From an uncultured Actinomycetota bacterium (GTDB taxonomy: Bacteria; Actinomycetota; Actinomycetes; Propionibacteriales; Nocardioidaceae), in contig CAVSCS010000007.1 of assembly GCA_963726525.1 (NCBI GenBank), positions 69,410 through 133,409 on the forward strand: a DNA stretch of 64,000 nucleotides, written 5' to 3'. The position numbers and the translations under genes were made by a program. Shown here piece after piece: positions 25,330 through 35,652 of this stretch (the first letter of the stretch is position 1; each line of letters starts with the position of its first letter). The notes under the pieces were generated by a model. It was given only the letters and a program-made list of their open reading frames with translations, was not told where the DNA came from and searched no databases.

Positions 25330-26119
25330 GGGTGGCCGCGCCGAGGGCGATGCGGTAGAGCACGAAGGGCGTGTAGGACCGGGTGCTGACGTAGCGCAGC
25401 AGCCACGCTATGGCGGCGTACCCGACGACGAAGGACACGACCGTGCCGACGAGCGTGGGGCCCCACCCGAAGTCGTTGTGGCCGTCGGGGATGTCCTTGA
25501 GCTCGAAGAGCCCGGCGCCCACCACGGCGGGGATCGCGAGCAGGAACGCGAACCGGGTCGCGGCCTCGCGCCCGAGGCCGAGCACGCGGCCCATCGAGAT
25601 CGTCGCGCCGGAGCGGGACACGCCGGGGATCAGCGCGAGCGCCTGGGCCGCACCCATCAGGACGGCGTCCTTGAGGGTGATCTTGCCCAGCGTGCGGTCG
25701 GTGCGGCCGACCCGGTCGGCGACGCCGAGCACGACGCCCATCACGATCAGCGTGGTGCCGATGATCCACAGGTTGCGGAAGTCGCGCTCGATGACGTCCT
25801 TGAGCAGTACGCCCAGCACCACGATCGGCAGGGAGCCGACGATGATGTACCAGCCCATCCGGGCGTCGATGCCGCCGCGGAGCTCGGGCCGGAACAGCGA
25901 GCGCACCCACGCGCTGCCGATGCGCCAGATGTCCTTGCGGAAGTAGATGAGCACGGCCAGCTCGGTGCCGATCTGGATGACGGCGGTGAAGGCCGCGCCG
26001 GGGTCGCCCCAGCCGAAGAGCTCGGGGAAGATCCGCAGGTGCGCGCTGCTGGAGATCGGCAGGAACTCGGTCAGGCCCTGGATGATGCCGAGCACGACCG
26101 CTTTGAGGAGATCCGTCAC
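25295..26119 (-). CDS. uppP: Undecaprenyl-diphosphate phosphatase
   Basis: From the GTG at 26119: VTDLLKAVVLGIIQGLTEFLPISSSAHL... and PGVSRSGATI, the BacA/UppP signature motifs. 274 aa. Confidence 0.9.
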   Translation of the reverse strand: MTDLLKAVVLGIIQGLTEFLPISSSAHLRIFPELFGWGDPGAAFTAVIQIGTELAVLIYFRKDIWRIGSAWVRSLFRPELRGGIDARMGWYIIVGSLPIVVLGVLLKDVIERDFRNLWIIGTTLIVMGVVLGVADRVGRTDRTLGKITLKDAVLMGAAQALALIPGVSRSGATISMGRVLGLGREAATRFAFLLAIPAVVGAGLFELKDIPDGHNDFGWGPTLVGTVVSFVVGYAAIAWLLRYVSTRSYTPFVLYRIALGAATLILLGAGVLSA

Positions 26120-26182
26120 GGGGCGTGAGCCTACGGGCGAGTCACTGCGGACGCGCGCACGACCCGTGGCTACCCTCACCCC

Positions 26183-27130
26183 ATGCAGCAGCGTTCGCTC
26201 GGCGCCACCGGCCTCAAGGTCTCCCGCCTCGGCCTCGGCACGATGACCTGGGGCCGCGACACCGACGAGCACGAGGCCCGCGACCAGCTCGTCGCCTTCG
26301 CCGAGGCGGGCGGCACGCTGGTCGACACGGCCGCCGGCTACGGCGACGGTGCGAGCGAGGAGCTGATCGGCCGGCTCGTCGGCGACGTCGTGCCGCGCGA
26401 CGACGTCGTGCTCGCCACCAAGGCCGGGATCTCCCGGCGCAGCGGCGAGCGCGTCACCGACACCTCGCGCGGCCACCTCCTGCGCGCCCTCGACGCGTCG
26501 TTGCAGCGCCTTCGCGTCGACCACGTCGACCTCTGGCAGGTGCACGTGTGGACCGACGAGACCCCGGTGGAGGAGACGCTCGCCGCGCTCGACCACGCCG
26601 TCACCTCAGGGCGCGTGTCCTACGTCGGCATCTCCAACTACACCGGCTGGCAGACCGCGCAGGCCGCGACCTGGCAGCGCGCGGTCCCGGGACGTACGCC
26701 GCTCGCCTCCACGCAGGTCGAGTATTCCCTGCTCAACCGCACCGTCGAGCACGAGGTGCTGCCGGCCGCCGCGGCGCTCGGGCTCGGCGTGCTGCCGTGG
26801 TCGCCCCTGGGCCGCGGGGTGCTGACCGGCAAGTACCGCACCGGCACCCCGTCGGACTCGCGTGCCGCCTCCGAGCACTTCGGCCGCTTCGTGGGCGCCT
26901 ACCTCGACGACCGGGGCCGTGGCATCGTGGAGGCCGTCGCACGCGCCGCCGACGGACTGGGCTGGAGTCCCCTCGAGGTCTCCCTCGTCTGGGTCCGCGA
27001 CCGGCCGGGCGTCACCGCACCGATCGTCGGTGCGCGCACCGCGGCCCAGCTCGACGGCGCCCTCGGGATCGAGGACCTCGTGCTGCCGCCCGAGATCGTC
27101 GACGCGCTCGACGACGTCTCGGCCGACTGA
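26183..27130 (+). CDS. Aldo/keto reductase
   Basis: 315 aa with MQQRSLGATGLKVSRLGLGTMTWG, DTAAGYGDG and GISNY, the typical AKR family motifs. Confidence 0.85.
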   Translation: MQQRSLGATGLKVSRLGLGTMTWGRDTDEHEARDQLVAFAEAGGTLVDTAAGYGDGASEELIGRLVGDVVPRDDVVLATKAGISRRSGERVTDTSRGHLLRALDASLQRLRVDHVDLWQVHVWTDETPVEETLAALDHAVTSGRVSYVGISNYTGWQTAQAATWQRAVPGRTPLASTQVEYSLLNRTVEHEVLPAAAALGLGVLPWSPLGRGVLTGKYRTGTPSDSRAASEHFGRFVGAYLDDRGRGIVEAVARAADGLGWSPLEVSLVWVRDRPGVTAPIVGARTAAQLDGALGIEDLVLPPEIVDALDDVSAD

Positions 27131-27170
27131 ACGACCGACACCAGCACACACCAGCCCGAGGGGAGAGCAG

Positions 27171-27398
27171 ATGGCCAGGGCACACCGCCGTCCGCCGGGA
27201 CGCGGCATCGAGTGGGAGTTCGAGACGCTCGTGCTCCCGCAGGACTTCTCGCGCAACGTCGTGACCCGCATGCTCGTCGAGCGCGCCGAGCACGGCGGCT
27301 GGGAGCTCGACCGGCTGCGCATCGGCACCGACGGCAAGCGCCGCGTCGTGCTGCGCCGCAAGATCATCCGCCAGCGGCTGACGCTGTTCGCCGGCTGA
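27171..27398 (+). CDS. DUF5703-like small conserved actinobacterial protein
   Basis: The ATG at 27171 has GAGGGGAGAG upstream. 75 aa: MARAHRRPPGRGIEWEFETLVLP...GGWELDRLRI...GKRRVVLRRKIIR. Confidence 0.55.
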   Translation: MARAHRRPPGRGIEWEFETLVLPQDFSRNVVTRMLVERAEHGGWELDRLRIGTDGKRRVVLRRKIIRQRLTLFAG

Positions 27399-27407
27399 CG
27401 CTCGCGG

Positions 27408-27872
27408 TCACCAGCCGGAGGTGCCGGGGGCTCCCTTGAACGGCCCGGTGACCCGCGAGGTGATCCAGCCGCCGTAGAAGCTCCCGGGCTGCGGTTCGAC
27501 GACCTCACCGTCGACGGTGCAGCGGTCGACGCGACCGGGGTACAGCGCGACGTGGTCGAGGAGCTGCTCGAAGCCCTTCGACGGGGTCGGGTACGTCCAT
27601 GCGATCGCGCGCAGCACCTCCCCACCCACCACGAGGTCGAGGTAGTCGGCCTGCCCCTTCCACTCGCACCACGACGCCCCCTCGCCCGGGCGCAGCACGC
27701 CGTCGGCGAAGGCGGTGCGGGGCAGGTAGTACGTCGGCGGGTGGCTGGTCTCCAGCACCCGCAGGCTGGCGGTCGTGTCGGCCACGACGACGCCGCCGTG
27801 GGTCACCACGACCCGCTCGTTGCTCGGGTCGACGCGCGGCGGGCGCGGGTAGTCCCACACGTTCTCGGTCAT
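27408..27872 (-). CDS. DUF427 domain protein
   Basis: From the ATG at 27872: MTENVWDYPRPPRV...YYLPR...CEWKGQADY, characteristic DUF427 strings. Confidence 0.7.
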   Translation of the reverse strand: MTENVWDYPRPPRVDPSNERVVVTHGGVVVADTTASLRVLETSHPPTYYLPRTAFADGVLRPGEGASWCEWKGQADYLDLVVGGEVLRAIAWTYPTPSKGFEQLLDHVALYPGRVDRCTVDGEVVEPQPGSFYGGWITSRVTGPFKGAPGTSGW

Positions 27873-27915
27873 GGCGCCATCCAAGCACCCGGCCCCAGCA
27901 GCAGCCGGCGAGCGC

Positions 27916-28578
27916 TCAGCCGGCGGCGCGCGCCGCCGTCGCCCGCAACGCCTCGACCATGGCGTCGGGGTCGTCGGCGGAGTAGACGGCCGAGCCGGCG
28001 ACGAAGACATCGGCCCCGGCCTCCGCGCACCGTTCGATGGTCTCCAGCGACACGCCGCCGTCGACCTGCAGCCAGGTCTCGACGCCGTGCCTGTCCATCA
28101 GCGCGCGGGCGGTGCGGATCTTGGGCAGGCACAGGTCGAGGAACTTCTGGCCGCCGAACCCCGGCTCCACGGTCATGATGAGCACCATGTCCAGCTCGGG
28201 CAGCAGCGCCTCGTAGGGCTCGATCGGCGTGGCCGGCTTGAGCGCCATCGACGCCCGCGCACCCTGCGCGCGGATCTCACGGGCCAGGCGCACGGGAGCC
28301 GCGGCGGCCTCGACGTGGAAGGTGACCGAGCCGCAGCCGGCCTCGGCGTACGCCGGTGCCCACCGGTCGGGGTCCTCGATCATCAGGTGGACGTCGATCG
28401 GCTGGGAGGCGCGCGCGGCGAGCGACTCGACCACCGGCAGCCCGAGGGTCAGGTTGGGCACGAAGTGGTTGTCCATCACGTCGACGTGCACCCAGTCGGC
28501 GCTCGGGATCCGGGCCACCTCGTCGGCGAGGCGGGACAGGTCGGCGTTGAGGATGCTCGGAGTGATCTGGATGCCCAC
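27916..28578 (-). CDS. rpe: Ribulose-phosphate 3-epimerase
   Basis: 220 aa with [39 protein letters not shown] and QVDGG. Confidence 0.9.
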   Translation of the reverse strand: MGIQITPSILNADLSRLADEVARIPSADWVHVDVMDNHFVPNLTLGLPVVESLAARASQPIDVHLMIEDPDRWAPAYAEAGCGSVTFHVEAAAAPVRLAREIRAQGARASMALKPATPIEPYEALLPELDMVLIMTVEPGFGGQKFLDLCLPKIRTARALMDRHGVETWLQVDGGVSLETIERCAEAGADVFVAGSAVYSADDPDAMVEALRATAARAAG

Positions 28579-28638
28579 GCCCCCGATCCTAGGGAGTCAC
28601 GTCGCCGTCCGTCCCGACCGGGCGGCGGGTGACCGCGC

Positions 28639-29349
28639 TCAGTCGTCCTCGGACGAGGAGGCGTCGGGCCGCCAGGCGCCGCGGTCGTCGACGAGCTCCT
28701 GGGCGATCACCCGCAGCTTGGTGTTGCGGTTGCTCGAGAGCCGCGCGAGGAAGGCGAAGGCACGGTCCTCGGTGAGGTCGAAGCGCTCCATCACGATCCC
28801 GACGGCCTGCCCGACGAGCTGTCGTGCCGTGATGGCCTCGCGGAGCCCGTCGATCTGCGAGGCGTACTCGAGGGCGGCGCGGGAGTGCTGCGAGAACAGC
28901 TGCGTCAGGAAAGCCACGTCGGCCAGCGCCCCGACCGAGCCGGAGTAGATGTTGAGCCCGCCGATCGTGCGACGGGACTCGAAGATCCGCATGCCGGCCT
29001 GGGAACGGACCCCCGCGGCCGCCGCACGCGGCCCGTACACCGGGTACCGGGGGTCGTTGCGGAGGTCCCCGCAGACGGTGAAGGCGTTGTTCGTCACCCC
29101 GTCGTAGCAGGGACCCTCCGAGTTCTCGAACTGCCAGCTGTCGAGCTCAGGCAGGTGCTCCGCGGTGAAGCCGTAGGAGCGCAGCGAGCCGTCGGCGTGG
29201 CGGATGCTGATGGTGGCGTCGTCGACGCCCGGGAGCGTCTCGACGGCGGCTCGGGTGAGGGCCTGGAGGGTGTCGTCGAGGTCCTGGCCGGACACCGAGT
29301 CGGCGATCCGTGCTGCCATGGCCAGGGCACGACCGGGAACGTCGTCCAC
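28639..29349 (-). CDS. GAF and ANTAR domain-containing RNA-binding regulator
   Basis: 236 aa. An N-terminal GAF-like half is followed by a C-terminal ANTAR motif (AITARQLVGQAVGIVMERFDLTEDRAFAFLARLSSNRNTKL). Confidence 0.8.
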   Translation of the reverse strand: MDDVPGRALAMAARIADSVSGQDLDDTLQALTRAAVETLPGVDDATISIRHADGSLRSYGFTAEHLPELDSWQFENSEGPCYDGVTNNAFTVCGDLRNDPRYPVYGPRAAAAGVRSQAGMRIFESRRTIGGLNIYSGSVGALADVAFLTQLFSQHSRAALEYASQIDGLREAITARQLVGQAVGIVMERFDLTEDRAFAFLARLSSNRNTKLRVIAQELVDDRGAWRPDASSSEDD

Positions 29350-29448
29350 GAGAGGTCCTTCCGTCGGGGCGCAGCCCAGCGGGGGTGGCTGGGTGACCCC
29401 TGCCCGTTCCCCGTCCCTCCGTCGAGGATGCGTCGCCGGGCGCGTGGC

Positions 29449-30423
29449 TCAGACCTCGTCGGGCTCCGGCGGCGTCTGCGCACCCTCGGCCTCGTCACGC
29501 TCGGCCCACGCGAGCAGCGGTGCGATGTCGAACGGGTGGGCGTCGATGTCGGCGTGCAGGTCGCCGACCTCGGCGAATCGCGCCGGCATGGTGAAGATCG
29601 TGAAGTCGTCGGGCTCGCACGCGTCGACCTCCTCCCAGCGCACCGGTGCGGACACGCGGGCCTCGGGCACGCCGCGCACGGAGTACGCCGCGGCGATGGT
29701 GTGGTCACGTGCGTTCTGGTTGTAGTCGACGAAGAGCTGCGCGGGGTCGCGGTCCTTGCGCCACCAGGCCGTGGTGACCTCGCCGTCGGCCCGTCGCTCG
29801 ACCTCCCGGGCGAAGGCGAGGGCGCCACGGCGCACGTCGCCGAAGCCGTGGTCGGGCGGGATCCGGACGTAGACGTGCAGGCCGGAGCCGCCGCTGGTCT
29901 TGGGGTGGCCGACCGCGCCGAGCTCGTCGAGGACCTCGTGGACGACGTGGGAGACCCGCTGGACGGTGGCCCAGTCGCAGTCCGGGCCGGGGTCGAGGTC
30001 GATGCGCCACTCGTCGGGCTTCTCCGTGTCGGCGCGACGGCTGTTCCACGGGTGGAACTCCACCGTCGACATCTGCACCGCCCAGATGACGCTCGCCAGC
30101 TCGGTCACGCACAGCTCGTCGGCCGTGCGCTTCCACCGCGGGAAGAACAGCTGCACCGTCTCGACCCAGTTGGGCGCGCCGGCGGGCAGCCGCTTCTGGT
30201 GGACCTTGTCGCCGGCCAGGCCCTTGGGGAAGCGGTGCAGCATGCACGGCCGCTCGAACAGGGCGTTGACGATGCCGTCGCCGACCGAGAGGTAGTACTC
30301 GACGAGGTCGAGCTTGGTCGTGCCCGGACGGCCCGACGCGGTGGGAGGGAAGTACTCACGGTCGGGGTTGGTGACCTTGACGACACGGTCGTCGACCTCG
30401 ACCTCGATGAAGGGTGACGCCAC
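29449..30423 (-). CDS. Stand-alone LigD polymerase/primase domain (NHEJ PolDom)
   Basis: 324 aa with LHRFPKG, KTSGGSGLHVYV and DYNQNARDHTIAAAYSVR, AEP-primase-type LigD Pol motifs. No ligase or Ku gene is adjacent. Confidence 0.8.
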   Translation of the reverse strand: MASPFIEVEVDDRVVKVTNPDREYFPPTASGRPGTTKLDLVEYYLSVGDGIVNALFERPCMLHRFPKGLAGDKVHQKRLPAGAPNWVETVQLFFPRWKRTADELCVTELASVIWAVQMSTVEFHPWNSRRADTEKPDEWRIDLDPGPDCDWATVQRVSHVVHEVLDELGAVGHPKTSGGSGLHVYVRIPPDHGFGDVRRGALAFAREVERRADGEVTTAWWRKDRDPAQLFVDYNQNARDHTIAAAYSVRGVPEARVSAPVRWEEVDACEPDDFTIFTMPARFAEVGDLHADIDAHPFDIAPLLAWAERDEAEGAQTPPEPDEV

Positions 30424-30445
30424 AGGTGGACCCTAGCGCCGGGCC

Positions 30446-31432
30446 CTACTCGTGTGCGGCAGGCGAGGGCTGCTGGCCGGCGGGTGCCGGGTCGACGGTG
30501 ACGGTCACGGGGTCGGACCAGCCCTCGTCGGCGTACTGGCTCTGTGGACGGTGCCAGCGGAGCTCGGTGGTCTCGGTGACCCGGACGACGGCTCGGGCGA
30601 CGCCGTCGGGGTCGGCCAGCACGGCAGGCCCCTCGGCGGTCCACTCGCCTCCCGGCACCCGTCGCTCCAGCACGAGGGGGTCACCGGTCAGTCGTCCGGT
30701 CGGGTCGACCACTCGACCGGTGACGGTGACCTGGTCGTCCGCGCGCGGACCCGCGAGGGCCGCGGTGGTCGCCAGCGCGACGCCCTCGAAGTCGAAGGTC
30801 GACGCGCCCGACCGGACGGCGTCGAGGTTGAACGCGTGGCCGTCGCAGCCGAATCCGGTGACCACGAAGCCAGCGCCGTCACCGTGCTCGGCGGCGAACG
30901 CCGCGGGGGTGGCGGACCCCTCGGACGACACGCGGGCGCCGGATGCCAGGTCGACCAGCGACCAGGCGTAGGTCAGGTCGGCGGGCGACACCGCGGACCA
31001 CGCGCCGGGGGTCACCGCGAGGTCGGCGCGGCCGGCCCACGCCGTGCCGGGAGGGCTGGACGGGGTGACGGCGAGCAGGTGGGAGACGCCGGTGGCGCCG
31101 CTGGTCGAGGCGACCGACACCGACGCGTCGAGCGAGGCGAGGGAGTCGAAGCGTGCGTAGGGGCCCGAGGCGGTGCCGGGGGCGGCCGGGACGATGCCGA
31201 GCGAGCGGCGTCCGATGGGGGCGGCATAGGGGCCGAGGTTGATCCGCGTGACGGGCGCCGCGGCCTGTCCGAAGACCCCCTCGCAGGCGACATAGGTCAG
31301 GAAGAGACCCGGGTCGCCGGTCGCGGGGCCGGTCACCGTCCGGGTGTCCTGCGCGTGCGCCGGTGACACCGCGAGAGCCATCGCGGCCAACAGGCCGGTG
31401 GCCGCGGCCACGCTGCGCGTCAACGCCCTCAT
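30446..31432 (-). CDS. Secreted hypothetical protein
   Basis: 328 aa. It has a signal peptide MRALTRSVAAATGLLAAMALAVSPAHA|QD, good third-position GC bias and no motif I recognise. Confidence 0.55.
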   Translation of the reverse strand: MRALTRSVAAATGLLAAMALAVSPAHAQDTRTVTGPATGDPGLFLTYVACEGVFGQAAAPVTRINLGPYAAPIGRRSLGIVPAAPGTASGPYARFDSLASLDASVSVASTSGATGVSHLLAVTPSSPPGTAWAGRADLAVTPGAWSAVSPADLTYAWSLVDLASGARVSSEGSATPAAFAAEHGDGAGFVVTGFGCDGHAFNLDAVRSGASTFDFEGVALATTAALAGPRADDQVTVTGRVVDPTGRLTGDPLVLERRVPGGEWTAEGPAVLADPDGVARAVVRVTETTELRWHRPQSQYADEGWSDPVTVTVDPAPAGQQPSPAAHE

Positions 31433-31601
31433 CCCTCAGCCATCCTTCGTCCTGCTCCCCGTGCGCGCCGCGCACCCCGATGGCGCACCCCGCCCTGCCA
31501 TCATGCTCGACCACTCCCAGCATGGGAACAGCGGGCGCGCAGCAGAACCCCCAACTTTGGGTGACCGGTGGGTGTCGGGACGCAGCGCTAGGTTGGCCCG
31601 C

Positions 31602-32357
31602 GTGCCGTCGAGGAGCCAGCCCGTGCCCCGGCACCCGGTGCGTCGCGTCGAGGCGCTGCCCGACCACGGCCTCGGCCCGGAGTCGTACCCCGGGTCGATC
31701 CCCGCGGTGCAGCAGGTCCTCGCCGACGGGCTCGACCTCGGGCCTGGCGTCACGTTCCTGGTCGGCGAGAACGGGTCGGGCAAGTCCACGCTGGTCGAGG
31801 CCGTGGCGGCGGCCTACGGCCTCTCACCCGAGGGCGGCAGCACCGGCAGCCGGCACTCCACGCGTCCGACCGAGTCCCCGCTGGGCGAGGCGCTGCGTCT
31901 GGTCCGCGGCGTGGGGTCGAGCAGGTGGGGCTTCTTCCTGCGCGCGGAGACCATGCACGGGTGGTACTCCTACCTCGAGGACAACCCGTCCCGCAGCCAC
32001 GACCCGGAGCCGGAGCCGCTCTTCCACGAGATGAGCCACGGCGAGTCGTTCCTCAAGGTGCTCGAGTGGCGCTTCAGCGGGCCCGGGTTCTTCTGCCTCG
32101 ACGAGCCGGAGGCCGCGCTGTCGTTCTCCTCCACGCTCGGACTGCTCGCCGTGCTCCAGCGGGTGGTCGCGGGTCGCGGGCAGGTGCTGTGCGCGACCCA
32201 CTCCCCCGTGCTGGCAGCCATGCCCGGCGCCCGCGTCCTGGAGGCGGGGCCGTGGGGGCTGCGGGAGACCGCCTGGGCCGACCTCGAGCTGGTCGACCAC
32301 TGGCGCCACTACCTGGCCGACCCCCAGCTCTACCTCCGGCACCTCCTCGACGACTGA
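31602..32357 (+). CDS. AAA/ABC-like ATPase (COG3910-type, no transmembrane partner)
   Basis: Walker A VGENGSGKSTL, an SHGES Q/signature-like segment, Walker B FFCLDEPEAALS and H-loop ATHSP. The start is uncertain (GTG at 31602 chosen; the ORF is open from 31344). Confidence 0.65.
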   Translation: MPSRSQPVPRHPVRRVEALPDHGLGPESYPGSIPAVQQVLADGLDLGPGVTFLVGENGSGKSTLVEAVAAAYGLSPEGGSTGSRHSTRPTESPLGEALRLVRGVGSSRWGFFLRAETMHGWYSYLEDNPSRSHDPEPEPLFHEMSHGESFLKVLEWRFSGPGFFCLDEPEAALSFSSTLGLLAVLQRVVAGRGQVLCATHSPVLAAMPGARVLEAGPWGLRETAWADLELVDHWRHYLADPQLYLRHLLDD

Positions 32358-32374
32358 GGACCCCGGGCGCGACG

Positions 32375-33688
32375 TCAGGTACGACGACGCAGGGTGGCGG
32401 CGTACATCGCGTCGGTGCCCTCGCGGTGCGGCCACAGCTGGAACGAGCCGACCTCGTCGGTGTCACCGCGGCGCCCCAGCACGGCCTGCACCACGGCGGT
32501 GGTCTCGGCGACGACGGGCGAGCAGGTGGCGTAGACGACGACGCCCCCGGGACGCACCGACTCGAGCGCCACGTCGAGCAGCACCTGCTGCAGACCGACC
32601 AGGACGTCGACGTCGTCGAGCGAGCGCCGCCAGCGCGACTCGGGGCGTCGCCGGAGCGCGCCGAGGCCGGAGCACGGCGCGTCGACCAGGACGCGGTCGA
32701 AGGTGCCGGGCGTCCAGGCCGGACGGGTGCCGTCGCCGGCGAGCACGTCGACCGAGCCGGCAGGCAGTGCCGACATCGCCGAGGCGACGAGCGCGGCGCG
32801 GTGCGGCTGCCGCTCGTTGGCGACGAGCCGGGCACCCCGCTGGGCGGCGAGCGCCCCCAGCAGCGCGGCCTTCCCGCCGGGACCGGCGCAGAGGTCGAGC
32901 CAGCGCTCGTCGCGTCCCTCCAGCGGGGCGTCGGCCATCGCGAGCGCCACCAGCTGGGAGCCCTCGTCCTGCACGCCCGCCCGTCCCTCGGCGACGGCCG
33001 GGACGCTGCCCGGGTCGCCGCCGGTGAGCACGGCTCCGAAGGGCGAGCGCTCGGTCGCGACCGCTCCGGCCGCCTCGAGCTCGGCGACGTCGGCCAGCCC
33101 GGGGCGGGCGACCAGCGTGACGCGGGGGGCGGCGTTGTCGGACGCGAGCAGCTCCTCGAGCTCCTCGTCGGAGCCGAGCGCCTGCGCGAGCAGGTCGACC
33201 ACCCAGCGGGGGTGCGACTGCGCCACCGCGAGGTGGCCGTGCAGGTCGGTGTCGCGGGACGGGGCGACCTCGGCCACCCACGCGTCCAGCGGGCGACGGC
33301 TGACCTTGCGCAGGACGGCGTTGACCAGCCCGGCGGGTCCCTGGCCGACGGACGCGCGGACCAGGTCGACGCTCGTCGAGATCGCGGCGTGGTCGGGCAC
33401 CCGCATGGCGAGCAGCTGGTGGACCCCCAGGCGCAGCACGTCGCGGACCTCCGGCTGCAGGCGGGGCTTGGTCAGGCAGGCGTCGATGACCGCGTCGTAG
33501 AGGCCCTGCATCCGGATCGCGCCGGACGCCAGCTCGGTCGCCAGCCCGGCGTCGCGGCCCTCGAGCCGGTGCTTGCGCAGGACCTGGGGCAGGACGAGGT
33601 TGGCGTAGGCCCGGTCGACGCGGACGGCGGTGAGCACGTCGAGAGCCGCGCGGCGCGGCCGGTCGACCGGACGGCGGCGCTCACTCAC
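32375..33688 (-). CDS. rsmB: 16S rRNA (cytosine967-C5)-methyltransferase RsmB/Fmu
   Basis: 437 aa. A NusB-like N-terminus is followed by DLCAGPGGK, DAPCSGLG and the ATCS catalytic Cys motifs. It lies downstream of fmt, as in Rv1407. Confidence 0.85.
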   Translation of the reverse strand: MSERRRPVDRPRRAALDVLTAVRVDRAYANLVLPQVLRKHRLEGRDAGLATELASGAIRMQGLYDAVIDACLTKPRLQPEVRDVLRLGVHQLLAMRVPDHAAISTSVDLVRASVGQGPAGLVNAVLRKVSRRPLDAWVAEVAPSRDTDLHGHLAVAQSHPRWVVDLLAQALGSDEELEELLASDNAAPRVTLVARPGLADVAELEAAGAVATERSPFGAVLTGGDPGSVPAVAEGRAGVQDEGSQLVALAMADAPLEGRDERWLDLCAGPGGKAALLGALAAQRGARLVANERQPHRAALVASAMSALPAGSVDVLAGDGTRPAWTPGTFDRVLVDAPCSGLGALRRRPESRWRRSLDDVDVLVGLQQVLLDVALESVRPGGVVVYATCSPVVAETTAVVQAVLGRRGDTDEVGSFQLWPHREGTDAMYAATLRRRT

Positions 33689-34121
33689 CGAAGTGCTCCC
33701 GCACCAGCTTCCGGGGAGCCGAGGCGGCCCACGCCTCGGTGATCACCTCGGCGAGCTCGGCGCGACTGATCTCGCCGAGACGCGACTGCTGGACCAGCAC
33801 TGCGGCATGTCCCTTGAAGTGGTCGATGGTGAAGAACGGCGTGGACTCGTCCTCGACGAGCGCGAACTTCTCGACCTCGGTGGGCGTCGAGATGACGACG
33901 AGGTCGTCGTAGCGCTCGCCGGTCTCGGGGTCGACCGCGGTGGGGCTCGGGGCCCGGTGGAGCAGGAACCCCTTGCCCTTCGGACCGCGGGGCACCTTCC
34001 AGGTCGGCCGGTCACCCCAGGAGGTGCCCAGCTCGGTCTCGGGGAGGGCGGCGCAGATCTCGTCGATGTCCTCCGGCCGCGCCGGGCGGTCGGGGTCGGC
34101 GTCGTCGTGGGAGGTGCTCAC
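33681..34121 (-). CDS. MmcQ/YjbR family DNA-binding protein
   Basis: 146 aa. YjbR-like segments: WGDRPTWKV and FTIDHFKGHAAVLV. Confidence 0.6.
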   Translation of the reverse strand: MSTSHDDADPDRPARPEDIDEICAALPETELGTSWGDRPTWKVPRGPKGKGFLLHRAPSPTAVDPETGERYDDLVVISTPTEVEKFALVEDESTPFFTIDHFKGHAAVLVQQSRLGEISRAELAEVITEAWAASAPRKLVREHFGE

Positions 34122-34130
34122 CGGACGAGA

Positions 34131-35057
34131 CTAGTCACCGAGGCGCGCGCCCGACTCCAGGCGCACCCCGCGCGCCCAGTCGGCGGCACGCATCTGCTTC
34201 TTGCCGAACGCCTTGACCTCGCCCAGCTCGACCGGCGTGGTGGAGGTCCCGACGTGCACCGCGTTCTTGGTGACCTCCAGGACTCCCGGCTCCAGGCGGT
34301 CGCGGTCGACCGGACGGACCGGACCGACCTTGATCCGCTCGCCCTCGAAGAGGCTCCACGCACCGGGCGCGGGGGTGCAGGCGCGGACCTGGCGGTCGAT
34401 CGCCACGGCCGGGTGCGCCCAGTCGATGCGGGCGTCGTCGACGGCGATCTTCGGGGCGAAGGTGACACCGTCCTCCGGCTGCTCGCGCGCCTCCAGGGTG
34501 CCGTCCTCGATCCCGTCGAGAGTCTGGACGAGCAGGCCGGCGCCGCCCTCGGCGAGGCGGGTCAGCAGGTCGCCGGCGGTGTCGTCGGGACGGATCCGCT
34601 CGGTCATCACGCCGAAGACGGGTCCGGCGTCGAGGGCCTTGACGATGCGGAACGTGCTGGCGCCGGTGAGCTCGTCGCCGGCCCAGACCGCGTGCTGCAC
34701 CGGGGCCGCCCCGCGCCAGGCGGGCAGGACGGAGAAGTGGAGGTTGATCCAGCCGTGCGGCACCAGGTCGAGGGCCGACTGCGGCAGCAGCGCGCCGTAG
34801 GCCACGACCGGGCACGCGTCGGGCCGCAGCGCGGTGAGCTCGGCCTGGAACGCGGGGTCGCGCGGGTGCTCCGGCTTGAGGACGGGGACGCCGAGCTCGT
34901 CGGCGCGCTGGGCGACCGGGCTGGCGACCAGCTTGCGCCCGCGCCCGCTGGGGGCGTCGGGGCGGGTGACGACCCCGACCAGCTCGTGGCGGCTGGCCGC
35001 GATCGCGTCGAGGGCGGGCACGGCGACCTCGGGGGTGCCGGCGAAGACGACGCGCAT
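34131..35057 (-). CDS. fmt: Methionyl-tRNA formyltransferase
   Basis: 308 aa with [32 protein letters not shown] and a C-terminal OB-like domain. Confidence 0.9.
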   Translation of the reverse strand: MRVVFAGTPEVAVPALDAIAASRHELVGVVTRPDAPSGRGRKLVASPVAQRADELGVPVLKPEHPRDPAFQAELTALRPDACPVVAYGALLPQSALDLVPHGWINLHFSVLPAWRGAAPVQHAVWAGDELTGASTFRIVKALDAGPVFGVMTERIRPDDTAGDLLTRLAEGGAGLLVQTLDGIEDGTLEAREQPEDGVTFAPKIAVDDARIDWAHPAVAIDRQVRACTPAPGAWSLFEGERIKVGPVRPVDRDRLEPGVLEVTKNAVHVGTSTTPVELGEVKAFGKKQMRAADWARGVRLESGARLGD

Positions 35058-35070
35058 CAGCTCTGCTCCC

Positions 35071-35616
35071 TCATCGGGCGGACCCGAACGTGGCGTGGGG
35101 GCTCAGCCGCACCGTCGGCCTCTCGAGCCCGAACCACTCCGACTCCCGGATCTCCTTCATCGCGGCCTTGCGGGCCGCGGTGTCGAGCTTGTCGATGAAG
35201 AGGATCCCGTCGAGGTGGTCGGTCTCGTGCTGCATGGCCCGGGCGAGCAGCTCGGAGGCCTCGATGCGCAGGGGCTCGCCGTGCATGTCGAACCCGGTCG
35301 CGACCACCGACAGCGCCCTCAAGCAGTCGTAGGTGAGCTCGGGCAGCGACAGGCAGCCCTCCGCACCGTCCTGGGTCTCGTCGGAGAGCGCGAGCGAGGG
35401 GTTGACCAGGTGGCCCACCTCGCCCTGGACGTTCCAGGTGAACACCCGCAGGCCGACCCCGATCTGGGGAGCGGCCAGGCCGGCTCCCGGGGCCGCGAGC
35501 ATCGTGTCGGTGAGGTCGGTGACCAGCTGGCGGACCTCCTTGTCGAAGTCGTCGACCTCGACCGCGCGCTGGCGCAGCACGGGGTCTCCGAAGAGTCGGA
35601 TGGGCTGGACGGCCAC
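35071..35616 (-). CDS. def: Peptide deformylase
   Basis: 181 aa with the three PDF motifs [15 protein letters not shown] and QHETDHLDG. Confidence 0.9.
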   Translation of the reverse strand: MAVQPIRLFGDPVLRQRAVEVDDFDKEVRQLVTDLTDTMLAAPGAGLAAPQIGVGLRVFTWNVQGEVGHLVNPSLALSDETQDGAEGCLSLPELTYDCLRALSVVATGFDMHGEPLRIEASELLARAMQHETDHLDGILFIDKLDTAARKAAMKEIRESEWFGLERPTVRLSPHATFGSAR

Positions 35617-35652
35617 GGAGCTCCTTCACTGGGCGGGTGCGAGCGCCCCAGT

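Noticed and set aside
31502-31524. Inverted repeat CATGCT-N11-AGCATG in the divergent region between the secreted protein and the AAA ATPase gene
   Set aside because: The arms are only 6 bp, so chance occurrence is plausible. There is no second copy or associated regulator in the window.
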